NCBI RefSeq assembly: GCF_932274485.2
Contig: NC_065883.2
Location: 558,001 to 620,000 of the forward strand
Direction of reading: 5' to 3'
Length of the DNA stretch: 62,000 bases
Under the pieces are notes generated by a model. It was not told where the DNA came from. It searched no databases and was given only the letters and a program-made list of their open reading frames with translations. Every line of letters begins with the position of its first letter. Position 1 is the stretch's first letter. This document shows positions 13,174 through 25,254 of this stretch, in pieces. A program made the translations under genes and the position numbers.

Positions 13174-14249
13174 CTGAAAACAAAAACAAGGTCATCAATG
13201 GGCTTAATCACAGATCAGTGGGTTGCACTTAACACTGTTAAACTGGTACTGTTTACTTACGAATCTAACTTACTAAAATAGGGTGCCCCATGCGGCGAAA
13301 GTTGAACTCGACACGGCGACATTGATTTCTTGCTAGTCACGCGGTACGATAACATTCTGCGCATGAGTCTGTGAGTCTATAAATAGCCATCTCACGTGAT
13401 ATTCTCTTCACATCAATCATCTATTACAGTCGTAAAAAATCTATTGTTGACGATTCTGAGTATTAGTGATATTTAGCGTTTTGGTTATTACAGAAGCTTT
13501 AGAAATTACGATCGTTTTATTTTTTAAACTGCTTTATCATTAACTATACCGTTTGGAGCGGCATCTTTTGGTTTAGTACAAATAATATCTCTGAAACACT
13601 CGGGTTAGGCAAGAACATGATACTAGCAGTAGTTTCATTTTACTTTTACAAGATTCTACATTCAATTTCTTGAATTATCCCAGCCTATCAATCAGACGGA
13701 GACTGGTCGAGACTACTTTCAAAACAAGCGGACGTAACTTATTTTTTACTCAAAAAAGCCCAGATGTTATGGCCGACACTCGTAACCATTTTTTTAGTCT
13801 ATTACTTAATTTATCGATGTTTAAATGATCATAGCTAATTACGTACAACGTGACCTTTTATTTAGTGACTATAAATATGCGAAACCGATCTTTAAGGCTT
13901 AGCATTTCTATAACTAGTGTGGTGTAATTGTCGAGATATTTTTTTACATTGTCTCGAGATTTTGGCGATTGAATTTTCGGCCTAGCTGCGGTCATCATTA
14001 TTAAATTCGGTACGATAAAAAACATAGTCTCGATTATCCATTTAATCGGAACTTAATTCAATAAACATCGCAGGCTAGCGATGACATCGAGAGTTGATAA
14101 TGGTCTGGATGAGTTAATTAATGTCTCATTAATAATTTAGATACCATTTCAGGCCTAAAGAAAACCTGCTCTTGCATAATGTATGTTTAAGTGTTAGGCA
14201 CAGAGCTCAATGTATAATCCACAATATGGTTTATTTCAATGACTTTAAG

Positions 14250-14472
<223 letters not shown>

Positions 14473-14652
14473 CCAAGTTGTATGCGGATAACAACTTATC
14501 CTATTTCTAAGAGGATCCCTAAATCCTAAAGCTACTCGATGTCTTACAAAAGTATTGTTGTATGTGCTACTTGTTTGTTAGCTGTGGAAGCAAATCGGAC
14601 ATACAACCCTACTTTTTGTGACGTACAAGAGGCGAATCATCGAAAACACCAT

Positions 14653-15024
14653 TCGGCAAACCTCGATAGATTCTACGCATCTAATCTCGGCTGTATGACG
14701 AATCCCGCCATATTGGAACTATTTTAAAGGTCCTGGATGAAAAATGGCTGTATTATATCAACAAACGTCAAGTTTGGCATTGGATTTGGGGAATTACCAG
14801 GGAATTATATCAAACCAGCAGCCTTGAGACAATAATTCTGCTCGTTTAGTTATATACACTCGACAAAAGACGCCAATATGGGACTTTTTTGTAAAAGCGG
14901 CACGTTTTCCTGTTAAAGTAAACCGGTAGCCGCATCGCAAATGTATGGGCGTAGGTACATATCAATTACTATCATACAGCCGAGGTTAGATGTAGGGTAC
15001 CGGAATCTGCCCAGGTTTGCCGAG
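14653..15024. mobile_element. MITE with ~50-bp imperfect TIRs; a solo end at ~39165-39240
   Basis: tcggcaaacct...catctaatctcggctgtatga is the inverse of tcatacagccgaggttagatg...aggtttgccga. Confidence 0.65.
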
Positions 15025-15635
15025 TGCGAAAACACGGCACTTGACTCAGTGACAGATTTTATGATCTAACGCACATGCGCGTTAAACCAGTCTGTCACAG
15101 ACTGTCTTGTTTGTTTCTGACCGGATTAATGGCCTTTAATCAGTTGTGATGATATTTATACACGTTCTGTTCTCCTGAGATGAAAAATATCAAACTTTGT
15201 ATTATATGTTTAAAACTTATCATGTATAATATCTTCAAATATTTCAAGTTTATTTAAGTTGGCGATGGCGACTGGGTATAAATATAAGAGACGATATATG
15301 GACAATTATGTTCATTCGTTAATAAACCCAGTTCAATGTCAAATAATTATTACTTATGTCTCTTACAGATTAAAGCTCCTAAAATAATAAAAATTGTAAG
15401 AGAGCTACGCTTCGACGTATTAGAGCTACGTACCCCCAGAATAAGAAGTCCTAATATACGTCAGAGTAAAAACCAAACAGTGCACGCTCACATAACTAAG
15501 TACATTCTTGCATGTAAGATGATAGAAAGAAGGAATGGAGAGCATGAAAATTCGCCATTACGATTAGATTAAAGAATAATTTTATAATAAAACATATTTT
15601 GTAAATAGAAATCAGAAAGTTTTCGAGGTGTTTAC

Positions 15636-15690
15636 CTTCCAGCAAAAAAAGAGCGCCAATACCGATCCAGGGTGTTTCCATTTTTACCAT
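15636..15690 (-). CDS. Secreted FAMeT-domain + PAN protein, exon 1 (signal peptide)
   Basis: MVKMETPWIGIGALFLLE then g|gtaaac donor, phase 1. Joins exon 2 as ...LFLLEVCLALRAY; total 254 aa. Confidence 0.72.
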
Positions 15691-16026
15691 TCTTCCTTGA
15701 GCCTGTCACATAGAATGACGTGTTTGATTGTTATACATGTATATACTCAATCTCTGCAGAGCATCTATTTACACTTGGGAATTCGATATTCAATTGAAAA
15801 AAAAAAAATCTTTCGTACATACACTGAACAATAATGGATTTAATATATATATATATATATAGATTTTATACACTTGTTTCATATGCTTCATCTCTGGTAA
15901 AGAACAAAATATATCGTCCAGAACAGACATGCAATAAGCCCACAGAAGCGGATAATGTTGCCTTTAATGAACTATTAGACAATTTCTCTTTGAAACAACT
16001 TGTTACGAACCCTACACGTATTTCTT

Positions 16027-16946
<920 letters not shown>

Positions 16947-17729
16947 GGATTATCTTGGAACTTTGCATATTTATTCCCTATACCGTAAAGACAGCAACTA
17001 TTTATTTTGGGGCATTCCCCGACCCCGTGGTGCGGTGTCACACCCACTTTTTTCTTAAATTTTGGCAAAACAAACCCATCACCTAGTCTTCTTTGCCACT
17101 TGTCATATAACAATCGTTGAAGCCATTTCATATTTCATTTTCTTCATTTTAAAAATAACATATCAATCAAAGCAGGAATGCGGACGTATATTGCAGCGGC
17201 AGCGTTGCTCTTGTATGCAGTGTCCCTTATAGCACACTGTATGTTATATCCCGCCCAGGGTCTGTGTTTAACGCATGGACACGCTGGGCATTTGCCGAAG
17301 GCATCAAGAGGATAGGGGCACCAATGTTAATCTGTGTATGTTGTGACTTGCAATCAATAAATAAACACAATACTATAATAAACATATATTTAATTTTATC
17401 GAACATTTTTATTCCTATGAGTAGGGGCTCAATGCACTGCTTTGTGAGGGCGACTATAATTCTGTTCAGAGGGCCCTATGCCCGTCTTCATTAGCCCAGT
17501 CGGTGCAGAAATGTAGGAAATTAAACACCATATCATTGTGTTTCATATTATAGATTTTTCTGTCTAGTGGTTTGGAATATTCTTCATTTTAATTCGTATT
17601 CTGCTTGAAATTTTATAAAATCACACAATATCCAAATTGGTTTAGAAGCCGTTCGTAAATTCTCACACATAGTTTTATAAAATTTTAAAAGGAATTCCAT
17701 ACTGAGCATACAACTGACAATAATTTGCA

Positions 17730-17945
17730 TATTTTCGATAAAGAAATTAATAATTCAGTCGATAAACGGGTTAATAATTGAATATCTTCGCTAAACGGAT
17801 TAAAAATTGAATATTTTCGGTAAAAGGATTACTAATTAAATATCTTCGCTAAACAGATTAATAATTGAATATATTGGCTAAACGGATTAATAGTTGAATA
17901 TATTCGATAAATCGATTAATAATTGAATATATTCGCTAAAGGGTG
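17730..17945. repeat. ~29-bp minisatellite, about 7 copies
   Basis: Unit aaacggattaataattgaatatcttcgct and variants. Confidence 0.85.
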
Positions 17946-18167
17946 AATGATTAGTAATCAAAACACATTAACGACATGTCAAATTTTATAACGGACATAT
18001 ATGGCGGCGCATATGTGATAGTCATATTTATCCGGTCAAGCGGAGACCACTAGTCAGTAGTCTGTGATGTAAGAGCCCTCCCACCAAAATTAGATAGTTT
18101 TATTCACTACTATATTGGGGTCCCGGACTGCAGCATAGTCAACCAATCCCTTAATCCTGTCCCAAGT

Positions 18168-18372
18168 TTATCTCATTGTGACGACGCAATTAAGATATGT
18201 CGGTAACATGATGATATTAGGTTTCCATGTTGTAGAATCCAAGGGCGGCAATTCATTTCCACCTGCTGAAAAATTAAACCTCTGTAGTAATGACGTCACA
18301 TACAGGAACATACGAGACTTGGCGAATGATTCTCCGACACAGTTTCTTTTTCCAACTCCGAAAGGTATCAGT
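18168..18372 (-). CDS. Terminal heme-binding exon of a second, inverted cytochrome P450 paralogue; upstream exons not found in window
   Basis: Same 205-nt length and phase as 8014-8218, tctttcag| acceptor. LIPFGVGKRNCVGESFAKSRMFLY...VVTMR*. AATAAA ~65 nt past the stop on the minus strand. Confidence 0.8.
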
Positions 18373-18469
18373 CTGAAAGAAAAACACAGGTGTTAACGTC
18401 TAATCAACAAAACCACATGCTGTCTCTCTACGAACTCCAAATGTTGTCTAAAGGGAAATTTAAAATAGC

Positions 18470-18772
18470 CAACGAGAACGAGGCTAGACATATTCCACAA
18501 GTCATGTCAAACGGTGACGTCATATTCTTATCTGGAGAGCATGCGCAATACATACTACCGGTGTAGACTTTAATAACCAGACGCTAGAGATTGCTGTTCG
18601 AATGAGACTCTGGCGTATTTCGCCAAACATAACTGATTTGAAATTAGAGTAAAAAACTGAAACGGTTGAATATAAAACAGTTTATATATATTCACATTAC
18701 ATTATTATATGCGTTGTGACCCATTTGTGTCAATTTATAGGTCCCAAATATTAGATTAGCGATTTAGCTCCT
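18470..18772 (-). mobile_element. Partial Kolobok-type MITE, same family as 59862-60314
   Basis: Ends ttagcgatttagctcct|ttaa, the inverse of the 59862 terminus; internal similarity continues ~300 bp. Confidence 0.7.
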
Positions 18773-19670
18773 TTAATCCCCACTTACTTATATGCGAAGT
18801 AAAGATACGTTAGCTATCAGTTGGGTGTGGGGGGGGGGGGTCATCAACATTGTTTATTTAATTGGATTTATCTGTGCACTAGATGCCTCGACAGCCCTCT
18901 TTAAGATGTGGATACTGGCACAACTGTCAATGAGTTAATGTAAGAAAGTAGGTACTTCATTAGCCTGGGTTTCATCACACTTCGTTTAATATCGAACTTC
19001 TATATTAAACAGAACATCATTTAGAGACCCTAAACAACCTCTACAGTATATACATGCATGATATTACACTGGTTTACTACTAGTGTCGGCCGCGGTTCTC
19101 CTGGCTGCTAACCTGACATTTTTAGTCACTTTATCTTTCCTTAAAGATGTAAGCTCTACACCTGTCTAATGCAAGCATTTCTTTTGACCTAAAATGTAAT
19201 GTAAGTTATATTTATAGCACAGCTTTCATGCGTTAACAGGTTTTAACCAGAGGCTGTAAACCGAGGTATTAATCCTGTTAACGAATGAAGAGTGCTATAA
19301 ATGACTTGTAACATTGACACCTGCTCAACATGCTTGTTGTTATTCCACAGAAAACCCACCCCACTTCTCTATATGATTTCTACTAAAACTAGTGTAAACC
19401 AGCAGAAGTGTGCAATAACATTGAACATGTCTTGTTATTGCACGGTTAAACTCCGCCCAATCTACTAGAGGGAAAACAATCTGCTTATGTAACGAAAAGA
19501 ACAAAGGAAGATTTCCTTTCCATGTTATAGCCTATAATCATGGTCGTGAGTTTTCAATGGATTAAACTCTAGCGCATCGGATGGTCGTGAGTTTTTAATG
19601 GATGAAAACACGATCACCATTTAATAACTAGATTTAAAAATAGTTAATCGAGACTTTGTTCATTTTATTG

Positions 19671-19952
19671 TAATAATAATAAAAATAATATGTCCATTTA
19701 TAAAGCCCTATATCCACAAAACGTGCTCATGGCGCGTAATACACAAGTCTCTAATATTGTAATTTAAACCGATAAGTTTTCAATCCGGATTTGAATTTAT
19801 TAAGTGTAGGAGTTCTGTGAAGGTCTAATGGTAGTTTGTTTCACTTAGTAGATGCAGCGACTTGGAAAGAGCGACCACCGAATGACTTTAACTTCCACTG
19901 AGGAACACAGAGTTTTTCAGATTAGGTGATCGTAACTGTCTAGATGGGATGT
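19671..19952 (-). mobile_element. 5'-truncated L2 LINE 3' end
   Basis: Reverse translation YIPSRQLRS..LCVPQWKLKSFGGRSFQVAA..NKLPLDL...FKSGLKTY, followed by a (tta)n tail. Confidence 0.75.
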
Positions 19953-20158
19953 AACAATGAAAATCGAGACTACGCTATTCTTATCCAAACTTCCAACATT
20001 CATATCTTCGCTCAGAATAAAATGAAATGAAATGAAATGGGGTTTAACGTCCTACTGTTTGAATGAAAATTTCAATACATTCATTTTGTATTATATATTT
20101 TTATAGCGAGAACTGCCAGCTTTAACATTGATGACGATCGACCGACAGCGACTTGGAT

Positions 20159-20511
20159 CAGGGTCGTGATGACCCAGGATTTGGCATAAGGAACAAGATC
20201 CCGTCCGGTTCCAAAAAAAACAACAATATTTATATGTGTGTGCGGGGAGAGGGGGTGCCGGGTGTCAGTCCCTCCCAGGGCCACCAGGTAATATTGGGCT
20301 GTGTGGAACATGATAGAGTCGATTTTTAGCATATCTGACCCACGGTATATGATTGACACTGGTTAAGCATTATGATTTATAATGTTGAAAACCACATTGA
20401 AACCGGGTGATTTTTTGCCATTTGCGAGGTCGGCGCAAAAACGCCTGGGGGCGCAAAAACTCAAAACCATGACGCACAGCTCGTCACTGCGTCCCTCTCA
20501 CTTAGCCCCTG
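20159..20511. mobile_element. hAT-type MITE, 353 bp, 8-bp TSD
   Basis: Termini CAGGG...CCCTG; TSD acttggat/gcttggat. The empty site gacttggatcaacattc is visible in the paralogous flank at ~8780. Confidence 0.85.
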
Positions 20512-20957
20512 GCTTGGATCAACATTCTAAGTGCCCCCGTTTAAACTAACCCCATCCGGATATGAGCCACCGTGACTCCCTCCAGCCGAAGATGGCCGAC
20601 AGTAGCTAGACGTGTTTTTGTTAGAGGTCTACTTGTTCGTGAGAATTTTACATAACACATATCATGTGAAGCTGTCTGAATGATGATACAGTCTACTACA
20701 ATGAACTTAAAATAAGTAAGATACATAATCTCATCTTCTGTTGATGAACTAGGAATTACCTACAAATACTATAACCTAACATCATCAATCATACACTGGA
20801 GCAGCCATTTTTGTTTATGTTTGTTATTGTTTACACAAGGCATCGGCGTTTATAAACCTTATAACTGTGTAACCCGGTATATGAACAGGTCAATAAACTA
20901 AAGTTTTTTCCAGTATATAACGTTTATTTAACAGCAAATATAAAAAGCATAAAATCC

Positions 20958-22007
20958 ATGTCTACCCCGAGGCGGGACAAGGTCAGTAGGAAACGAAAAC
21001 AAACAGGTTCTCCACTCCAAATCCAGACAGAACTCCTATTGTCATCTGGTATACTGGACAGCAACCTGAAAAAAAGCAAAACACAACCACAGCAAAGCCA
21101 AATTACAAGTTTCATGTCCTCCACTACCCTGCCCTCAGCTGATCCAGACAATAACACCAGCCTAGAATATCAAAATAATACAATAAGTGCCTGTTCAACA
21201 CCCATGACTGACACCACAGACATACCCACCCCATCCCCACCAAGCCCACTGGCAGACAATGTATTCATGAATACAGTTAATGCTGTTACTCTTGAATTGG
21301 TAAGAGCTTTCCAGAATCCAGAAGTGCAAAATGCCTTCAGACCCATGGTGGAACTTATTCTGCAAGAAGAAATAATCAAACACACCACCCCACTTAAAAA
21401 AGAAATATCAGAATTAAAACTTGAATTGGCATCAGTTTCCCTTGAGCTGAATGGTATCATACAAGACCGCTGCGATGATCTCGAACAATATGGCAGGCGC
21501 AATTGTATCCGCATCAGTGGTATTAAAGAAACTGCAGATGAAATTGTTGAAAATGAAGCCTTGGCTGTATTAAGGAAGATAATACCAAACATTTCAACAC
21601 ATGACATCGAAAATAGCCACCGTGTTGGAAAAGCCCACAAGGGACAACCTAAACGTATTATAGTAAGACTATCTAGCTACAAGACCAAGGTTGCTATAAT
21701 GAGGGGCAAAAAGGTTGTAAACGGGGTAAAAAATGATATATTCATTAATGAAGATCTAACAAGGTACAGAGCTTTTGTTTTCAACATAGCACGGAGATCT
21801 TACAAGGCAAATCACATCAACTCTTGTTGGACCAGAGATGGTAAAATCTTTATTCGAATCAGAAAACCTGATGGTTCTGATGGACAAACTAAACGAATAT
21901 TCAGTGTAACTGAGATTCCTGGTTATAAACCAACTCCAGAGGAACTTCTTCAGTTTAACATATCGAATGGTATTACCACTGACCCACCTGAAGATATGGC
22001 TCAATAA
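20958..22007 (+). CDS. LINE ORF1 (coiled coil + RRM + CTD; L1/Transposase_22-like)
   Basis: 349 aa. LKKEISELKLEL coiled coil, DDLEQYGRRNCIRISGIKE, SHRVG, IIVRL, IFINEDLT, CWTRDGKIF. Confidence 0.9.
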   Translation: MSTPRRDKVSRKRKQTGSPLQIQTELLLSSGILDSNLKKSKTQPQQSQITSFMSSTTLPSADPDNNTSLEYQNNTISACSTPMTDTTDIPTPSPPSPLADNVFMNTVNAVTLELVRAFQNPEVQNAFRPMVELILQEEIIKHTTPLKKEISELKLELASVSLELNGIIQDRCDDLEQYGRRNCIRISGIKETADEIVENEALAVLRKIIPNISTHDIENSHRVGKAHKGQPKRIIVRLSSYKTKVAIMRGKKVVNGVKNDIFINEDLTRYRAFVFNIARRSYKANHINSCWTRDGKIFIRIRKPDGSDGQTKRIFSVTEIPGYKPTPEELLQFNISNGITTDPPEDMAQ

Positions 22008-25000
22008 ACTTCCACAACAGAAACTGTACCAGTGTCTTTACAAATTTTCCTACAAAATAGATTATTTCATATATAAATCATCCCTAAAATAAATAAGAAA
22101 ATAAATAAAAATACTAATATCCAATTAAGCTTGTCTAACAAATTGCAAATGTAAATCAAAATAAATTATAAACATCTTGAAACTAAAAAATGCCCTGACC
22201 ATGAAAAGCCCAAAATAGGTTAATGTATGAAACACTGCATAAACTAGGTGTCTTCTATCTAATGTCTAAAGCCCCATGGTGCCTTAGACTGAATTCTACT
22301 TCGCATAGCTAAAACAAGTCCATGCAAGATAGCCCTATTTTGATGATACATAGTCATAAAACCCTTAACCTACTAACTGTTGCAAATGCACATAAGTTTT
22401 AGGATATCTAATAGTTTAAGCTGTTGTACATGAAACAGCTCAGAATAATCCTGTCTAACAAGTTGATAGAAAACAGCCTCTAATAATTATAGAACTTACT
22501 GCATATGTATATCAACCTTGAAATCTTAAGAGCTCAAGCTTTGACTAGTACCCACTACTTATCTATGTGCAAATCCCTGAAGGAAAATGCATCATATATG
22601 TCACCACAAAATAATGTTTCCATTTTATTTGGAGGAGCTAAACTTGTTTGACTTGTATTACTATTACAATGAAGTATAGCCTTTGACCAACAATGTTAGG
22701 CCAGCAGGAAATAAATGACAATGTCTTAACAATGATAAACAGGTTTTTCAAAACCACCATTCTAGCCAATGCTTAAAATAATTGTAACACAGGTCAAAGA
22801 GTATCTAGCCCTACAAAAATAAAATTGCTGTATATCATATGCAATGTGTTTCTATCTGTATTTAATTTTTCACCTTCGGCCAGATAAAACCGCAGCGATT
22901 AAGAGATGCTGACATCTTCAGCCTATTAAATAAAATGCAAATTAAGCCTCATACTATAATCTCCATGCACAGCGCCCTAAATCAGCGATTGACCAGTACT
23001 ACTATATTAACAAGCCAGAAATGCCAAAATTGTCTTTGACATCTGGTCAAAGGTAGAAATGTGCTGTAATATTACCCTTGACTCCCCACAACATCAATTT
23101 GAAATAAGTCTTTGCAAGACAATCGAACTTTGTTGTCACAAATCAACCCCTAATCATACAAACTGTTGAATATGTAGATTAAGTTAGAAATTTGAACTGT
23201 TTAAATACATGGAATACTATTGAATAATACCCAATACTTATCTCTATAATGTATTATACTGACTAAAGGAACTAAAGTTCTTTGACTTGGGTGACAATTA
23301 AGTAGATATTAGTGTATTGTTGTTAGATGAATAGGGAATATTCTCTGTGCAGCCTGTCATACAACAAACAAATCAATATCTGAAATCAAATTTTACCAAA
23401 TGATCTTACTTTTTACCCGGTTCAAAGGACATCTTTAGCCCTCATATTTGCCTACGAACTGTAATTGATTTCCAACTTCATACTGATTCATGTAAATCCA
23501 TGGCAATACCAAAGAGACACTAACATTTTCAACCTAAAAAACAAAATCCAAAATAAGCATCAATGTAAGATGTACTTGCTTAGTACCTTGAGTTGGCTCA
23601 TGTGTAGCTCGTTAACATTATTTATCCAACAAAGCCTTTCGAAATCTTTTGAACTACGCCTTACTATGAAACAAGTGATAATGTCTCTAAGTGATAATGT
23701 CAAATTGATATTTTATATGTTGAAGCTTATTCTCTAAAACCAAGAATCAATCCAAAAGTCCACTTTTTGCTACAAAAATGAAGTATTAAAGTGCTCTTAT
23801 TATTACCCTCAAATCCCCTTAACTTAAAGTTGAAATAAGTCTATGCAAGACAATCAAACTTTGTTGCCACAAACCAACCCCTAATCATAACGACTGCTGA
23901 ATATGTAGATTAAGTTAGAAATTTGAACTTTTTAAGCTTGTATTGAATAACATCCATTATTTATCTCTCTATATATGCAATTTTGTGAAGGAAGATGTCC
24001 CATATATGTCACCAGTAAATAATGTATTATACAGACTAAAGAAACTAAAGTTCTTTGACTTGGGTGACAATTAAGTAGATATTAGTGTATTGTTGTTAGA
24101 TGAATAGGGAATATTCTCTGTGCAGCCTGTCACATAACCAACAAACAAACCAATATCTGAAATCAAATGTTACAAAAGGATCTTACTTCTCACCCAGTTC
24201 GAAGGATTTTTAGCCCTCACAAATACATATGCTATGTAATTTGTAAATGTGTCTCTTACCTGTACTTTAGACTTCCTTCCTCCACTGATAAATCCATAGG
24301 GACTAAAGATGCATTAACATTTTCAACCTACAAAATAAAATCCAAATTCAAGTTAAAGTTATAACATAATTAAGGCCTTTCGAAATCATTCTTATTACAC
24401 CCTACTAAGAAATAAATCTTAATGACTGTCAGTCTCTATGGATCGATCTGCCAACAGTTTATTAGAATACTAGTTTATTTATTTTTTTTTATTTTTGCTC
24501 ATATTTTATATTGTTCATATTGCTATCAAACTTAAAATGGGCAAAATTCCTGTTTTATCACATATTAACTATAGTATGCCAATCCTTACATTGAAACTGA
24601 GAGTTTATTCTAAAAGTTAATTTTAGTATGAAAATGTCCATCTTAAAAAGAACAGTATAATCCAATATTACACACCTAATTCTCCCACCCTACACACATA
24701 TACATACATATATATATATATATATACCAAAAGGCTCACAACAATTGGCCTATGTCACGCTGGTCCTAAATTCATTTATATAAATACAAATTTATAAATT
24801 TAAATTGCCGATAGACGGCAATGCACCCAAAATAATAAGATCTATTCCTACGTTCTTCTCATTCATCATAATCCCATACTCAAAGGCTATTCTGTTTCCA
24901 AGGTAAGTACTATTAAAGTAGGGCATTGAAAATGAAATAACAAGAGGTAAGTAAAATATGCACACATGAAAGAGCTATAACTCCATCTGTCATACACAAA

Positions 25001-25254
25001 ACATTAGATTAGAAACAGTTATTTACTCACTCCAGAACAGTAAACCATGTCCCCTTTCAAACAATGTTGACCCAGATTAACCACGTGGGTGGCATACTGC
25101 CAATTTCATGCAGGATACTGATCAAGTAGACTTGTTTATCCAGACGCATAACCATCTTCCGTAAGACTTCTCACTGAACAATGTAGAAACCTGAACCATT
25201 CACCCTTTCTATTCGCAGCCATGTATATATACCCGTACATGTACATATGTTGTA

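Noticed and set aside
13280..14160. Possible DNA transposon in the FAMeT-PAN intron
   Set aside because: Could not identify matching TIRs or a TSD.
17730..17945. ~29-bp repeats (also ~33745-33880 and 33-bp units at ~11445-11545) as a CRISPR array
   Set aside because: Head-to-tail minisatellites without unique spacers; eukaryotic context; no cas genes.
20541..20726. 61-aa minus-strand ORF with a hydrophobic start, possibly a decayed secreted-protein exon
   Set aside because: No PAN Cys pattern or convincing splice partner.
21170..21640. Antisense ORFs over LINE ORF1/ORF2 (also 26802-27014, 27459-27821)
   Set aside because: Shadow frames of coding sequence with no independent motifs.
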